NCBI RefSeq assembly: GCF_006345805.1 | Contig: NW_021833285.1 | Coordinates: 1-64,000 of the forward strand | Direction: 5' to 3' | Origin: Octopus sinensis | Lineage: Eukaryota | Length of the DNA: 64,000 nucleotides | Shown here: positions 13,226 through 27,299 of the stretch, one piece after another | Numbering within the stretch: the stretch's first letter is position 1 | Layout: each line of letters starts with the position of its first letter | The notes under the pieces: model-generated | What the model was told of the DNA's origin: nothing | Databases searched by the model: none | The model's input: only the letters and a program-made list of their open reading frames with translations | Translations under genes and position numbers: made by a program

Positions 13226-13228
<3 letters not shown>
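12901..13228. repeat. Palindromic dispersed element, copy 2
   Basis: Homologous to 8044-8358, with the same tail (ctcagatcaagtcacttgctatgcaagtacatct), in (TA)n. Confidence 0.85.
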
Positions 13229-13277
<49 letters not shown>

Positions 13278-13278
<1 letters not shown>

Positions 13279-13440
13279 CGGGCTTCCACGCAGTCTTCGT
13301 CTACCAAATTCACTGACACGGCATTGTTGGTTGACTTGGAGCAATAAAAGAAGATACTTGCTCAAGGTGCGAGTGCTGGGAATGAACTCGAAACCACAGG
13401 ATTACAAAGCCAGCTTCTTCATCAGATGCCCACATCTGCC
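13278..13440 (-). mobile_element. SINE family 1, 5' half
   Basis: gacgggcttc...gtctaccaaattcact...acttgctcaaggtg...gaactcgaaacc. Confidence 0.7.
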
Positions 13441-14384
13441 CTTGTACACTTTATCGACTCTAGGCACTTACCAGCAACTGGTGCCTGTTTTAAATATATT
13501 AATATCAATTGACCAATTTTTCCTTTCCAATCTGCTTTATTACAGGCTTTTAATGGTGTCTGGTGGGAAAAATTCGATTCCCTGTTGCGATCAAGATGCT
13601 TTCACCCTCAAATTCTACTCCTGAATCAGTTTTACGATTTTTCTATTTTCACCTTGTTCTTTTTTTCCTGGTATTAACCCTTTTCCTATTTAAGACATTA
13701 AATTGCATCTGACACTGACGTTCTAACCCGGAGGTTTAGAGTTTTTGGAAGGTTATGGAATTAACCCTTAGTCACCACTGCTCTCAGGTCTGTCAGATGC
13801 GAGTGGTGCCTGCCAAGGGCGCAATATTGGATCAAACAGATGAAGATGAACCCGCAGCCAAAATGGTTATAAAGAACTTGGAGGAGGGACGGTGCCTAGA
13901 CATGTGTCACACAGACATAACGGTTTGTGGACAGGCCTAGATGTCAACAGTTAAACAGGCCATGTGCCTCCCGAGTTGGATTTGGAGAATTTAGCAGAGT
14001 AAACTGTAATTAAACCGAGATATGGTAAGGCGAGACCACTGACATATCTTTCCTAACAAAAACACATCTTCAAATTGTGGTCTGGAAGTCCATAATCGCC
14101 AACACCTTTAGGCTTGGTATATGAAAACGGAGAGAGATTAGCCATATGAGGCCTTTCTTGCTATCGTTTTAGTACAGCATTCTTTAGCTCCTGTTTCTGC
14201 TTAGATTTTATCTTTCTTATAACTTCTGTTGTTGTTTCACTCTTCTCTTCACAACTGTTGACCATTTCAGCCTCGCTTTTTTTTGTGGGCATTGGAGTGT
14301 GTGTGTGTGTGGGGGGGGGGGGTTCCTTGAAATCAGGTTTTTTTATTATGTCTTTTTTAAATTTTTTATCGCTTGCTTGTTTCA

Positions 14385-14840
14385 GTCATTGCATTGCGGC
14401 GGCCTTGAACGGCTTAGATGAACAAATCGACAATATTACTTTTCTTCTAAGCCTTGTACTTATTCTATCGGTGTCTCTCTACTGAACCACTAAGTTCGGA
14501 GGACGTAAACAAACTGCATCCGATTGTCAAGCCATGGTGGGTGACAAACACAAAAACGCACATATAGATATATACATATAAACACGCACACACATACACA
14601 CGCATACGTATGTTTGTATGTATGTATGTATGTATGTATGTATGTATGTATGTATGTATGTATGTATGTATGTATGTACGTACGTACGATGGGTTCTTTC
14701 AGTTTCCGTCTACCAAATCCAATCACAAGGCTTTGATCAGTCCGGGACCATAGGAAAATATACTCACCTAAGGTGCCACACAGTGGGACTGAACCTGGAA
14801 CCATATGGTTGAGAAGCAAACTTCTTACCACACAGCCTCA
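14385..14840 (-). mobile_element. SINE family 1, full length
   Basis: Head, internal (GTAT)n spacer and tail are colinear with 23654-24051. Confidence 0.85.
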
Positions 14841-15098
14841 ACTTCTTCCACTGTACTCTGTTATATATATTGTACTCTACTATTACCTAACAGTTTTCGG
14901 CCGGCATAAGGCCTCTAAATCCCTGTTTCATTATAAATATCATCTTTCTCTCCCAGATTTTGAGCAATATACTCTAAACCCAGGAATTCTTCCTGTTTAT
15001 TTATTTACATCGATTCACACAAATTCACTGAGCGACCCGTTCGGACTACTATGCTTATAGCTTATTATTGCAACAGCTAAAGTACTGATGCCTATGAC

Positions 15099-15255
15099 CA
15101 AGGGCTGACTGAGCCGTCGGTCAATCGGGCACTGCCCGAGGGCTCGGAGTCGTGAGGAGCCCGCACTCTACATGTTAACTCTCTTTGATATCAATGCTAA
15201 AGGACCCGGTGAACAGTTGTGCCCGAGGGTCCTTAATACTCCCAGGCCACCCCTG
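15099..15255. mobile_element. hAT-type MITE with 8-bp TSD
   Basis: cctatgac|CAAGGGCTGACTGAG ... CCAGGCCACCCCTG|cctattac (TSD with one mismatch). Confidence 0.7.
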
Positions 15256-15554
15256 CCTATTACTCTATTTTTGCATTTAGCGTTGTCTGAACTATTTAGC
15301 TAATGCACCGACGATATTCTTTCCAAACTCTTCCTGTCGTTTTGGTATCGGTAGTAACGAATGCAGTTCATTGATTCTTAAATGTTTGCACGTCTCTGCT
15401 TTATCTAATTCTCTTATTACGGTGTCATTGTCTGAAATAATATTATTATCTTCAATTTATTTTTCCCTCTTCAAGGTTATCTGAGCACATTTTTTTAATT
15501 TGAATATATGTATGTGTGTGTGTGTATGTTTCTGCGCGCGCGCGTATGTGCGTG

Positions 15555-15585
<31 letters not shown>

Positions 15586-15586
15586 G

Positions 15587-15622
<36 letters not shown>

Positions 15623-15919
15623 ACACATCCGCAAGCACATACAACCTGCCTTAGTACGATTGATTAATCGCGCAAGAAACCTCGTTTATATTTAATTCAC
15701 ACAATTCGAAGAGTTATTATGGCGTATAAAATATGGTAATTGTTTCCAACCGAATGAAAGTATGCAATAAAAATATTCAGAAACAGTTTTAAATTTAATT
15801 AAATACCAAAAACACAATAAAAATCGTATTTATTGTATACTTTACTTTTACTATACGGCTACCAAAAAATGCATTAAATAAATTTGATTCAGAAAACGAT
15901 ATGTATATGTGTGTGTGTG

Positions 15920-15981
<62 letters not shown>

Positions 15982-16118
15982 ATTTTATATATATATTATA
16001 TATTATATTATATTATTATATATATATATATAGAGAAAGAGAGGAGAGAGAGAGAGAGATTATATAATTCTACATACATTATATATATATACAACACTAT
16101 ATATATATAATATATATA

Positions 16119-16197
<79 letters not shown>

Positions 16198-18236
16198 CGT
16201 GTTGTTGTACAAATGTAAACGAATTCTAATTGTTAAAACATCGAACAGATAAGAAAGACGAAGACGAAATACATTATTATTCTTTGGTATTTAATAATTA
16301 GAAAGTGGAAATTGCAACATCGCTTTTGCTTTTAATCTTGAGACATTCGCTAGGAATTTCGGATAATCTGTGAAGACTTGCGCAGATTTACAAACATCTT
16401 TCGATGTCCGGATTAGTGATCTTCATGCTGCGCAGTTATAAGCCATGAGCAGATTGTGCAGTTTCCCAGGGCCCTCACGGATTTAGAGGCCTCATTCTGA
16501 ACTATTTATACAGTGGCTTGCTGACAATATATAAATATTGTAGGGTCCAGTTCATTCACTTTCCAGGGGTTCCATGATGCCACCAGGGCAGCCTTGCATT
16601 TATAATCATTCCATTTAAGGCTGCCATATTTCTAAATATATTTTCACATTCCTCAAAATTCCTTCTTATTTTCTTTTTCGAAAAATAACTCCTTGGAAGA
16701 TATCTTTTCCAAAATAATCCGTTTTTATATTTCCTTTTTTTTAAATTCCACGTTAAATATTTATTTTATATATACATAAACAATGATAGTTAGCATGCTT
16801 ATGAATATTCAAACGTGAGAAAACCTTTTGCTGCGTGAGTAGACCCGGAGGAATTCTCTTCTCTTAGATATGTGAAAATACACATCCAACTCACATATGT
16901 TGTTTAAAAGGTGAAATGTCTCCCGGGTCTATTTCCGCAGCGAAATGTCTTTTCACATTCGAGTATGCACGAGCGTGTTAAATATTATTGTACATGCACA
17001 TATCTTATTCAACGTTGCTTTCTGCGACCTTATTTAATTAACTATTCTATGGCTTAGAGGCCCAGAGTGTTTCGATTTCCGGACCGGACGGAGCGTTGTG
17101 TTCATGAGCAGCTGTAAATGAATTTTAGCGTCAGCTAGAAGTTAACCCTTCGACTGACTGGAGTCCCGTTCGGTGGCGGGAGGAGGTTGAGGCGAATGTT
17201 GTCATCTCATTCACTTATTATGCTACGGAAACCGGGATTATCACCGGCCTTATCAATCCTATGCTTCTTGACTGTCCTAAATCTCCACCCCTTTTCTTCT
17301 GATATTTTATTCAAAAACAAAAATGCTTTATACATACCTGCAACTATGTTTAGCGCCTCTAAGCCCGGTGCGGATTTTTACATTTCTGTACAGATTCGTT
17401 TCAGCCAGCACTTGTATTAAATATCTCTTCAATATTACTTTGAATCCTATTATATTTCCCGTTTGAAATTATTGAAAAAGAAATACATCTTTTTATTACA
17501 ATCTTCATTCCACGCAACCAGAAGACGTTCAGTGTCTTTCTTGACAACGCTTCTATTTTTTGTAATTGTTTATAAAAGACAGTAAGCTGATACTAATTTA
17601 CCGTTTTCTTTTTATTTCTACTGGATTATCTTATATTTAGACAATCGATTCGTTTTTGCTAAGATCTCTGGCAAATTTCACATTGTTATCATCGCTATGT
17701 ATTTGACATTCAATTACAACAAACTTCTGTTTAATTATGATAGTTAAGTTGCTATATTTGGGAAGAGTCATAATTAATAAAACCTTTATACACACTCATC
17801 AGTTGCTTGTCTGTATTTTACTTCATTTTCCTTTTTCGAAAACAGTTGATGTTTGTTTATGTCCCGCTCCTACCCAAATATTTTCCAGAATATACAATCA
17901 TTCAGAAAGCTACAGAACTGAGCAGTGAAAAATGTTTTATAGGACATAAATAAATATCAATCTCTTTGGTAAAATAAATGAAAGTGAAATGTGAACAAAC
18001 AACAGACGATTAGTGCGTTTATGAGTCTTATTAATTGTGATCTTCCCTTCCCAAGTATAACAGTGTTGCTCTCAACACACGGCTTCCGATCAAAACACTT
18101 GCAAAATAAATTCCAAATGAAAAATGTGAAGCCTCTTCGATTTTGCAGAAGAAACATTTGCAATACAAATATTTTTTCCTTTCTTTTTCATATCTACTAA
18201 ATGTTATTTAAACACACACACAACCACACAAACACA

Positions 18237-18279
<43 letters not shown>

Positions 18280-18520
18280 TACTGATCTATGTTACGTATG
18301 CATGCACATACACACACACACTCTCTCAAACGCATGCGCAATACATTTGGCATTTGTTTTGTATATCAAAAGGCTGATTGATAATTTCAGTAATAATTTA
18401 TGCTTTTGAAACTTTGATTCAACATTTCGGTTTCGATTTGTTGCTATATTAAAGTTCATCTCTCTCTCTCTCTCTCTCTCTATCCATAATACAACATACA
18501 TACATATATATTATATATAT

Positions 18521-18623
<103 letters not shown>

Positions 18624-18639
18624 ATATATGGTATATATA

Positions 18640-19840
18640 TTGCGTCATCCCATAAATAATGCTTTTTTTTTATACTTCTTTTATTTTTCAAAAATATATC
18701 TAAAATATACTCTCCTTCATTTTCCACAATGCTCTTCCATATATCTGGTAGACTTGCAAAACCCCTCTTCCAAAATTTACTTGTCCGTGACGAAAAATAC
18801 TCTTCTAGTACTGTTCTAACCTCGTCTACAGAATTCATATTTTTTCCGTCCAGATGATTTTGAAGACTGCGGAATAAATGATAATCAGATGGGGCAATGT
18901 CCAGCGAATATGGTGGGTGGGGCATCGTTTCCCATTCAAATTGCTCTAGCCTTTGGAATGTCATCCTTGCTGTATGTGGCCGAACATTATCCTAATGGAA
19001 GAACGCCTTTCGTCTTGATAACAAAGATGGTCGTTTTTCTTCTAGCGTTGACTTCAGCCGCTCAAGCTGCTCGCAGTAGACCCCATTTGCTATCTTGGTT
19101 TGGGTTTAAAAGTTCAAAGTGGACTAAACCTTTCATATCCCACCAAACAGATAAAAACACCTTACGTGGGTGAAGACCTTCTTTAGCCTAGTGGTGGGGC
19201 GGTGTTTCTCCCTTGCCTACCCACTGTCTTCGGCACTTGACATTTTTAGAGAACTCATTTCTAGTCACCAGTCATTATTCTGCGCGCGATTAGACTCAGA
19301 AAGTTTGTAAGTAACCCATTGACCCAATTTGCTGAATTTTCCAATAGTACACAAGTGTCGATGAATAGTTGAATGACCAAATCGAAGCTTCTCTGCTAGT
19401 TCCTCAATAGTTACAATGGGATTTTGCTCCACCAGGGTTTGCAGGACGTCCTTGTCGAGCTCTACTGATCTTTCAGGACGTGGTTCGTTTTCTAGGCTGT
19501 AGTTTTCGGTTCGGAATTATTGGAACCACCGTTGACACAGGTTTACGCTTATTGTCCGATCCCCATATACTGCATTAATATTCCTCGCACTTCCCATTGT
19601 TGCCTTTATTGAACACATAAAGTAAAATATGCCGAATATGCTCCTTTGTCACTTCCATTATAACTTTGAAAAAATAACTGTTAAAATCGAACTGCACTCT
19701 TCAAAACTTGCACTAAGAATAAGGACAAGGCAAAATTACTATCTGCTTTTATAGCAAGTTGATGCAGGTAGTTTATCCGCTCTCCCTTTGACTTTAAGTT
19801 GATGCATTTAAAAAGACCGCATTATTTATAGTATGACCCA

Positions 19841-19841
<1 letters not shown>
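18640..19841 (-). mobile_element. Mariner (DD34D) transposon, near full length, inactivated
   Basis: TIRs ttg(g/c)gtcat..ataaataatgc at both ends with TA flanks; minus frames give STIHRHL, WVTYKL (WVPHEL equivalent), IMTGD*KW, SVWWD, DNVRPHTA and HPPYSLDIAPSDYHLF; several stops and indels. Confidence 0.95.
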
Positions 19842-19929
<88 letters not shown>

Positions 19930-20626
19930 GATGTATGTATGTATGTATGTATGTATGTGTATGTATGTATGTATATGTGTGTATATATATATATACACAT
20001 GCATATATATGTGTGTGTTTATATATACCTACAAACAGGCTATATACAGTCACTCTATGTGAATGTGGTAAAACTGCATCCACTGTGAGTCACGTGTGCG
20101 ACTCAAGAAGCAAAAGGTGCAGGAGGAAATTTGTAGAATGTTTTGTATATATTTTCCAGCGTGTTTCTGCGGGTTTGTGTGTGCGCGCGCGCGCATGCGT
20201 GTGTGTTCTATTCACTTCCATCTACACCTACCTAAATTTTTATTCTTCTTTTGATCTTCTCTTTCTCTCTCTCTCCCTTTGCTCTCTCTTTATACACAAA
20301 CATACGGGCGCGCACGCACACACATATCTATCTATCTACACACACATATATACACACACACACACACACCCACAAACACACACACACACACATACATACA
20401 CACACACACACATATATATATATATACATATATATATATACATATATATATATACCCAAAGTAGTGTAAGTGTAAAATTTCGATGAATTCGTTTGGGTAG
20501 TTCTCGAGTTTTAGTGATGCACACACACACGTTATCAGTTTTATATATATAGATATATATATATATATAGTGAGAGAGAGTGAGAGAAGAGAGAGAGAGA
20601 TACACACATATGTATGCACACATGTG

Positions 20627-20716
<90 letters not shown>

Positions 20717-20958
20717 TTACACTTTCGTTCCTCCATTTCTCTATATTAGACATTCGCTTGTTCTTCATGTCTGTTACTCCTTGCATCATCACACTTCTTT
20801 TTGCACCAGAATCACTTTCTTAGACGTATAAAATCACATTTAGTAATTCAATTATTTGACCTGAACGAAGTTAAACATTATCTTTAAAGTTTAAAGTTTA
20901 TCGCTAATGAAGTTGAAATCTATAATGAGACGGTTAAATTAACGATACACTGTGCAGC

Positions 20959-21015
20959 TGAAGACTAGCAGAAGACTAGCAGAAGACTAGCTGAAGACTA
21001 GCAGAAGACTAGCAG
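20959..21015. repeat. 11-bp minisatellite (GAAGACTAGCA) x~5
   Basis: Directly visible. Confidence 0.9.
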
Positions 21016-21232
21016 ATGCTTATGTTCGTCTCACAGGCGGAAGAATTAATCGAAGAATCGCTTTGTAATTTATTTATTGCATTTATTCTGTATCGCATTT
21101 CGGTGAAAAATAGTACCACAAGTTATGGGTTTCCAACAGACCAATCACTGGTTGTAGCCATTTCTGAAGACGAGAGCAATGATATCCATCCATCCACACA
21201 CACACACGAACACGCACACGCACGCACGCGCG

Positions 21233-21273
<41 letters not shown>

Positions 21274-21472
21274 TTATAACAAAATTACGAATAAGGGCAA
21301 AATATTTTTTTTCTTTTGCTGTTATTTATAATTGTTTATCTTTTCACCTTTATGCTGGCCACTGATTGAATTCTTTTCAAAAATTTTATACACACACATA
21401 TATATATATATACACACACATTATTAACATTATTTTCTACATTTGACGGGTATTTGTTCTCATCTTGTTGTT

Positions 21473-21518
21473 AACACAACGTTTCGGCTGATATACCCTC
21501 CAGCCTTCATCAGGTGTC
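21473..21518 (-). ncRNA. Minimal type I hammerhead ribozyme in a PLE-type terminal fragment
   Basis: GACAC-CTGATGA-A-GGCTG-gagggtatat-CAGCC-GAAA-CGTT-GTGTT: canonical core, 5-bp helix II, palindromic ACGU helix III, helix I GACAC/GUGUU. Confidence 0.8.
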
Positions 21519-21567
21519 TTGGAAAAAATTCGAACCTGGCGTTTCATTCCTCAGGTTTTTTCGATCT

Positions 21568-21602
<35 letters not shown>

Positions 21603-21794
21603 TAATAATAATAATAATAATAATAATATTTTTATTATTATTATTATTATTAGTATATTTATTATTATATTATTATTGTTATTATTATTATTATTATTGT
21701 TATATTATTATTATTGATTATTATTATTATTATTATCATTATTATTATTATATTATCATCTTTTATATTATTATTATTATTATTATTATTCTCA

Positions 21795-21826
<32 letters not shown>

Positions 21827-21836
21827 GTTATTATTA

Positions 21837-21869
<33 letters not shown>

Positions 21870-22012
21870 GTTATTGTTATTATTATTATTATTGTTATTA
21901 TTATTATTATTATTGTTATTATTATTATTATTATTATTATTTATTATTATTATTCATCATTATTATTATTATTATTATTATTATATTATTATTATTATTA
22001 TTATTATTATCA

Positions 22013-22064
<52 letters not shown>

Positions 22065-22140
22065 TTATCATCATTATTATTATTATTATCATCATCATCA
22101 TTATTATTATTATTATATTATTATTATTATTATTATTATG
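21568..22140. repeat. ~570-bp (AAT)n/(TAT)n microsatellite block
   Basis: Directly visible. Confidence 0.95.
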
Positions 22141-22356
22141 TTTCTGTTCATCATATACCGGTCCACGCGTAATCTTCATTATTCTATTTATTTCCATTTT
22201 AGAAAAATTGAGGCATGTCTGACAATTCCAGAGCGTATCGCGCTTTCTTTGTGTGTGACTTTTGGTCCACCCTGTATATATATATATATGATAGATCGTT
22301 AACTACTAGACGCATTTTTTACTCTCTTTCTTTCTCTCCTTGTTTTTTTCTGTGTA

Positions 22357-22394
22357 TCTTTCTGTCGAAGAGCGTAGGCTCGAAACGTAAAAGA
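22357..22394 (+). ncRNA. Hammerhead-like fold with non-canonical core CUGUCGA
   Basis: TCTTT-CTGTCGA-A-GAGC-gtag-GCTC-GAAA-CGTA-AAAGA; lies in a ~200-bp repeat shared with 37370-37560. Confidence 0.6.
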
Positions 22395-22488
22395 CTTTTT
22401 CTATTCCTGAGCGCTATACTAATATATTTTTTTGTTTGTTCTCCACCTGCCTTCGTCTTTTGTTTATTTTTTCGTAAACTTTTCCTTT

Positions 22489-22532
<44 letters not shown>

Positions 22533-23431
22533 CAACCGACAACTAATGAAGGGGCCTTTTTCTCTGTGTTTACTTGTCCTGTTTTCCCTTTTTTTCTAGT
22601 TGTTTACGTATTTATCTATATATATATATATAATATCAGATATTTTTGTATCCAGGAGACCCAAAAAGCAGGCAAGATTATGTAGGTGCCACAGAAGGAC
22701 CGCTGTTAAGTTCCCGGTTCAATAATAGCATAGACGAACCTAATTTATTAAATAGCAAAACAAATATTGTTTCCTTAATGTTTGATTTTGCGAAATACAC
22801 TGAACTCAAACAATATGTTGATTAAAAAATGTTAATTACATTAGTTATGACCAGTAAACTCATAATCAAAAAATCTGGAGAAACATCATTTCGATACAGA
22901 AATCGGAATGTTTACTCAGTTAATATTCATCACCAATTAAATACCCGTGAAACTTGAATACACCCGTTTTATTAGCATATCTATAGCTGTTCACTCTCTA
23001 AAATTGTCATTGATTACGCATATAATTGCTTTCCACATTTCCAAATAATCACCTTTATAACTTGCAAGGAATTATATTCGAGCGTATGGCTGTCACGTGT
23101 GTGCAAGCGCTCATACGTGTTTGCTTTGTCAATGATTTCGAATGAAACACCAATAAACATCGATTATAGATATCATTAGTGTTTCAATTATTATGTTTAC
23201 TCAAAACCGTCATAAAAATATGCATTAATAAACTTCATTAAGAAAATATTTTTTTAAAAACCCGCACAGGAAACATACATCATAGAATATATCTGTCAAA
23301 TTAAGACAATATTAAAAGTGATGGTGTGTCTAGGAGGCTTTTCACGCGGTAACTAGGTTTGGCAGTTTTCTAATATCGACCTCATAAATACTGTCTGAAC
23401 AAAAGCGTTGGGAAAATAAAAAGTAGATACA

Positions 23432-23463
<32 letters not shown>

Positions 23464-23653
23464 CACACATATAAACACACATATATATATAGATATATAC
23501 GCACACACACATTCACATACATATGCTAATATAAATATAAATATATATATTTGCATAGATATATACTTATACATACGTATGCATATACATATATTTGAAT
23601 GTGTACAAACACACACACACATACACACACACATATATATATATATATATACT

Positions 23654-24051
23654 TTTATTCTTTTACTTGCTACAGTCATTTGACTGCGGCCATGCTGGAA
23701 CACCGCCTTTTAGTCAAACAAATCGACCCCAGGACTTATTCTTTGTAAGCCTAGTACTTATTCTATCGGACTCTTAACCGAACCGTTAAATTACGGGTAC
23801 ATAAACACCCCAACATTGATTGTCAAGCGATGGTGGTGGTGGGGGGACAAGCACAGACACACATACGCACACACATATTTATATATTCGACGGGTTTCTT
23901 TCTGTTTCCGTCTACCAAATCCACTCACAAGGCTTTGGTCCGCCCGAGGCTATAGTAGAGGACACTTGCCCAAGGTGCCACGCAGTGGGAATGAACCCGG
24001 AACAATTTTGTTGGGAAACAAGCTACTTACCACACAGCCACTCCTGTGCCT
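23654..24051 (-). mobile_element. SINE family 1, full length, best-preserved copy
   Basis: tRNA-like A/B-box head (aggcacaggagtggctgtgtggtaagtagc...gggttcattcccactgcg), CA spacer, tail ending in aagtaaaagaataaaa. Confidence 0.9.
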
Positions 24052-24709
24052 ATATATATATATATATATATAAGAAATGATAGAGACGGAAAATTGTGTA
24101 TACGAGAAACTGCATTTCTCACAACGATCGTTTCGACCCATCCTGCATCGATCCTTCGTGGGTTGAGATACTGTTTAACTGGTTGTGGTGCATCCCTCGG
24201 TGCAGACACGTCTCCTCAGGTGATGTTATAAAGAATATCTCGTTAAATGCACTCTGTTTCGCTCGGTTTTGATACAGCATGTTGTTAGCGACATCATGTT
24301 TAAGCCGTTAGGCAGGAATGGTGAGGAACGGATTCCGTTGCCACTTTTTAGACAAACACTGGGAGTAATCAAGAAAAATAAAACAAAAACAAAGCATACA
24401 ATAAAGTAAAACTTTTTCTTTTTATCTTTCTTTCTCGTCTTAAGTTGTAGACAAAGACAACTTAAAACCAAACTAAAGAATTCCTCACGGCTTTCTAGCA
24501 GAGTACATGTGTACTAAACTTTTACAAGAAAAGGGTTCACGGTGACGTCGACATTTCGGCCTACAAGTCTATACGTACGTATATACATACAAGCAGACAG
24601 ATAGACCTCCCACTTAACTACATATATATTAGATGTATATATATATATCATTAGATATTATTTATACACATATGTTATTTATATATTAAGTATATACTGT
24701 TTATATATG

Positions 24710-24764
<55 letters not shown>

Positions 24765-24833
24765 CTGTGTGTGTGTGTGCGTGTATGTGAGTGTGTATGA
24801 TGACTAGATAGACAGACAGACAGACAGGCAGAC

Positions 24834-24944
<111 letters not shown>

Positions 24945-25324
24945 GAGACAGACAGAGAGAGAGAGAGAGAGAGATAACCGGTTGATCCGATTCATTTTAA
25001 CCCGGAAAGGATTAGAGTAAGGGTAAATTTAACTTCTGCAGAATTTCAAGACAATATGTATTTATTTGAACGACTATTTCCTATTTCTTGGCCAAGAACC
25101 AATTGAGAATCATTATACTGTATATATTAAATATAACTGCTTTAAAAACTTATTTGTCAGGTTCCTTCGGGTTTTGCGGTCAGCTTTGTATTTCATCCTG
25201 TTGATCAGTTAGTATATACTGGGTTTTGTTGAATCGACTCCAGCCGCTTAAGTGACTTGTGACAAAATCAACAAACTTTATCTGTTTTTTAGTTTCTTAT
25301 TACCATTATTTATATATTCTTTAA

Positions 25325-25960
25325 CACAGCGAGCAAAATGCCCGGCCGTATTTCGTCCGTCTTTACGTTCTGAATTCAAATTCTGCCGGAATCGACTTTG
25401 CCTTTCATCCTTTCGGGGGTCAGTAAAATAAGTAGCAGTTGAACGCTAAGGTTGATGTAATCCACATACCACCTCCCCCGAAATTGAGGGCTTGTGCTAA
25501 AATTTGAAATCAATATTACGGTGGCTTGGTTCTTTACATTCTGGGTTCAAATATTGCTAGGGTCAACTTTGCTTTCATTCTTTCGAGGTCGATAAAAATG
25601 TACCATTTGAGTATAGGGGGCGATATAATCTCTCCTCAAAAGTACCATTTGAGTATATAAGGGGGGGATATAATCTCCCCTCAAAAATTTCTGACGTTGT
25701 GTCAAAATTAAAAATGAATTTTTTGAAGAAAGTATAACGGCGGGTTGGCAGAATCATTAGAGCATCGGACAAGACGTTTTATGATAATGGTTCTTTACAT
25801 TCGGAGTTCAAATTTTCCCCACTCAACTTTGCTTTTCATCTTTATGGGGGTCGGTAGAATGAAGTACCAGTCAAGTACTGGGGTCTATTTAATTAATCTA
25901 CAATACCTTCCTCTCAAAATTCTTGGCCTTGTACTGATATTAAAAGAAATCAATATTTAA
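25325..25960 (+). mobile_element. Cluster of three tandem SINE family 2 copies/fragments
   Basis: Repeated ttacattc(t)gagttcaaat...actttgc(c/t)tttcat blocks at ~25365, ~25535 and ~25795. Confidence 0.75.
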
Positions 25961-26489
25961 CGTGATCGATTTGGATTTTAACTCTTTTCAAGACCAATTA
26001 TTTCTGCTCGGACTATTTGGTAGCTGACCAATTTAGTGGCGTCACTTTAGTTAATTAGACAATCTAACTGATGTTATTTTATCGTGTGTCGGATTTAAAC
26101 CGAAAGCCTGCATGACGTCAAACTATCGAAATTGTATTACAGCAAAATCAACCAATAATATCTTCCATCGTCTCTTCTTTTTTTCTTTCTTCTTTTCATA
26201 CTGACTGAATATTTGTGTTTCCGTGATTGAGACACAAAAGCGTTGGACTAAATGCATTCATTCATTACAGAACTTAGTTTCTTGTGTCAACTTTGTTGCT
26301 GCAGTGGTGGTGGTGGTGGCGATGTGTTTGAGCTGTTTATGACTGGCAACCTTACCACAGCCGTATTCCAAGCAGTGTTAAGTTGCTTCTGTCACAGCTT
26401 CAGTCTCACAAGAGGAGCCAAACTCAGCTCTCACTGTCATGTAAAAACAAAAAAAAAGCACTCGTCAATGTCACAACACTGCCATTACT

Positions 26490-26770
26490 TCTAGGTTCTG
26501 AGTTCAAACCCAGCCGTGGTCGACTTCACCATTGTTGCCTCTGACAGCGATAAAATAAGAAACCGTTCTTCAATCGATTCTACTACAACCACAAGATTAA
26601 AATGATTATAGATTTGATGTGCAAGAACAGTCACCTTAATTGGTACGTAACTTTTGTATTCCATCAACTCTGAGAATCTCTGCAGAATCTCTGTAGAATT
26701 CGAACTCAACCTAATCCGATACGTCAATGTTTTCTTCCGACGCTCTACCAATTCTGCTAATCCCTCATCC
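26490..26770 (-). mobile_element. SINE family 2 copy
   Basis: ttcgaactcaacc...acgtcaatg...gacgctctaccaattctgctaa is the reverse-complement head. Confidence 0.6.
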
Positions 26771-27299
26771 TTGATGCATCCAACCGATCGATAATAGTTT
26801 TCTTTTGATTGGGACTAAATAAGAAAATCTACAGCATAATAATGTTTTTTCAGGCGATTAACTCCTCTTTACTTCTAAGATTTGATCGGTTTGATCAGCG
26901 ATCATCCATAAGATGTTTTATTTCTAAACGACGGTGGTGCCCCAGAATGACCGCAGCTTTAAAATTGAAACAAATTAGAGAAATTAAAGAGGTATTGCAT
27001 TCGTACAGAATTCGTTCTCAGCACATTTATTGCTAAACTAATGCTAAGAATCGCGACAACCGAAATGTAAATGCTAGTGTCCATGGCATACTGCTATAGA
27101 ATTTAGGGAAAACCATTCGAAAACAGAACGTCTTTTGCAAGTTTGCAAAAAGATGAAATCTTTTCCATCGTTATTTTCTCAAATAACAGTCGTTATTCTT
27201 ATTCGCCAAGGTTTGTGTGCGTTGTTATTGTTACTGGTTTGTATTATTCTCTTATTCACACACAAAACAAAAATATCAGTATTTTGACCAAAATGTATG

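Noticed and set aside
13755-13940. 61-aa ORF in complex sequence
   Set aside because: No recognisable motif or splice signals; possibly an old repeat
17144-17420. TTAA-CCC start as a piggyBac MITE
   Set aside because: No matching inverted end found
19833-20736. YI/CV/HT-repeat ORFs here and throughout the window
   Set aside because: Dinucleotide and tetranucleotide microsatellite translations
21443-22302. Long poly-Ile/Leu/Tyr ORFs
   Set aside because: Translations of the (TAT)n tract
26340-26450. Minus-strand AG...GTAAG exon-like segment
   Set aside because: Stops in all three frames
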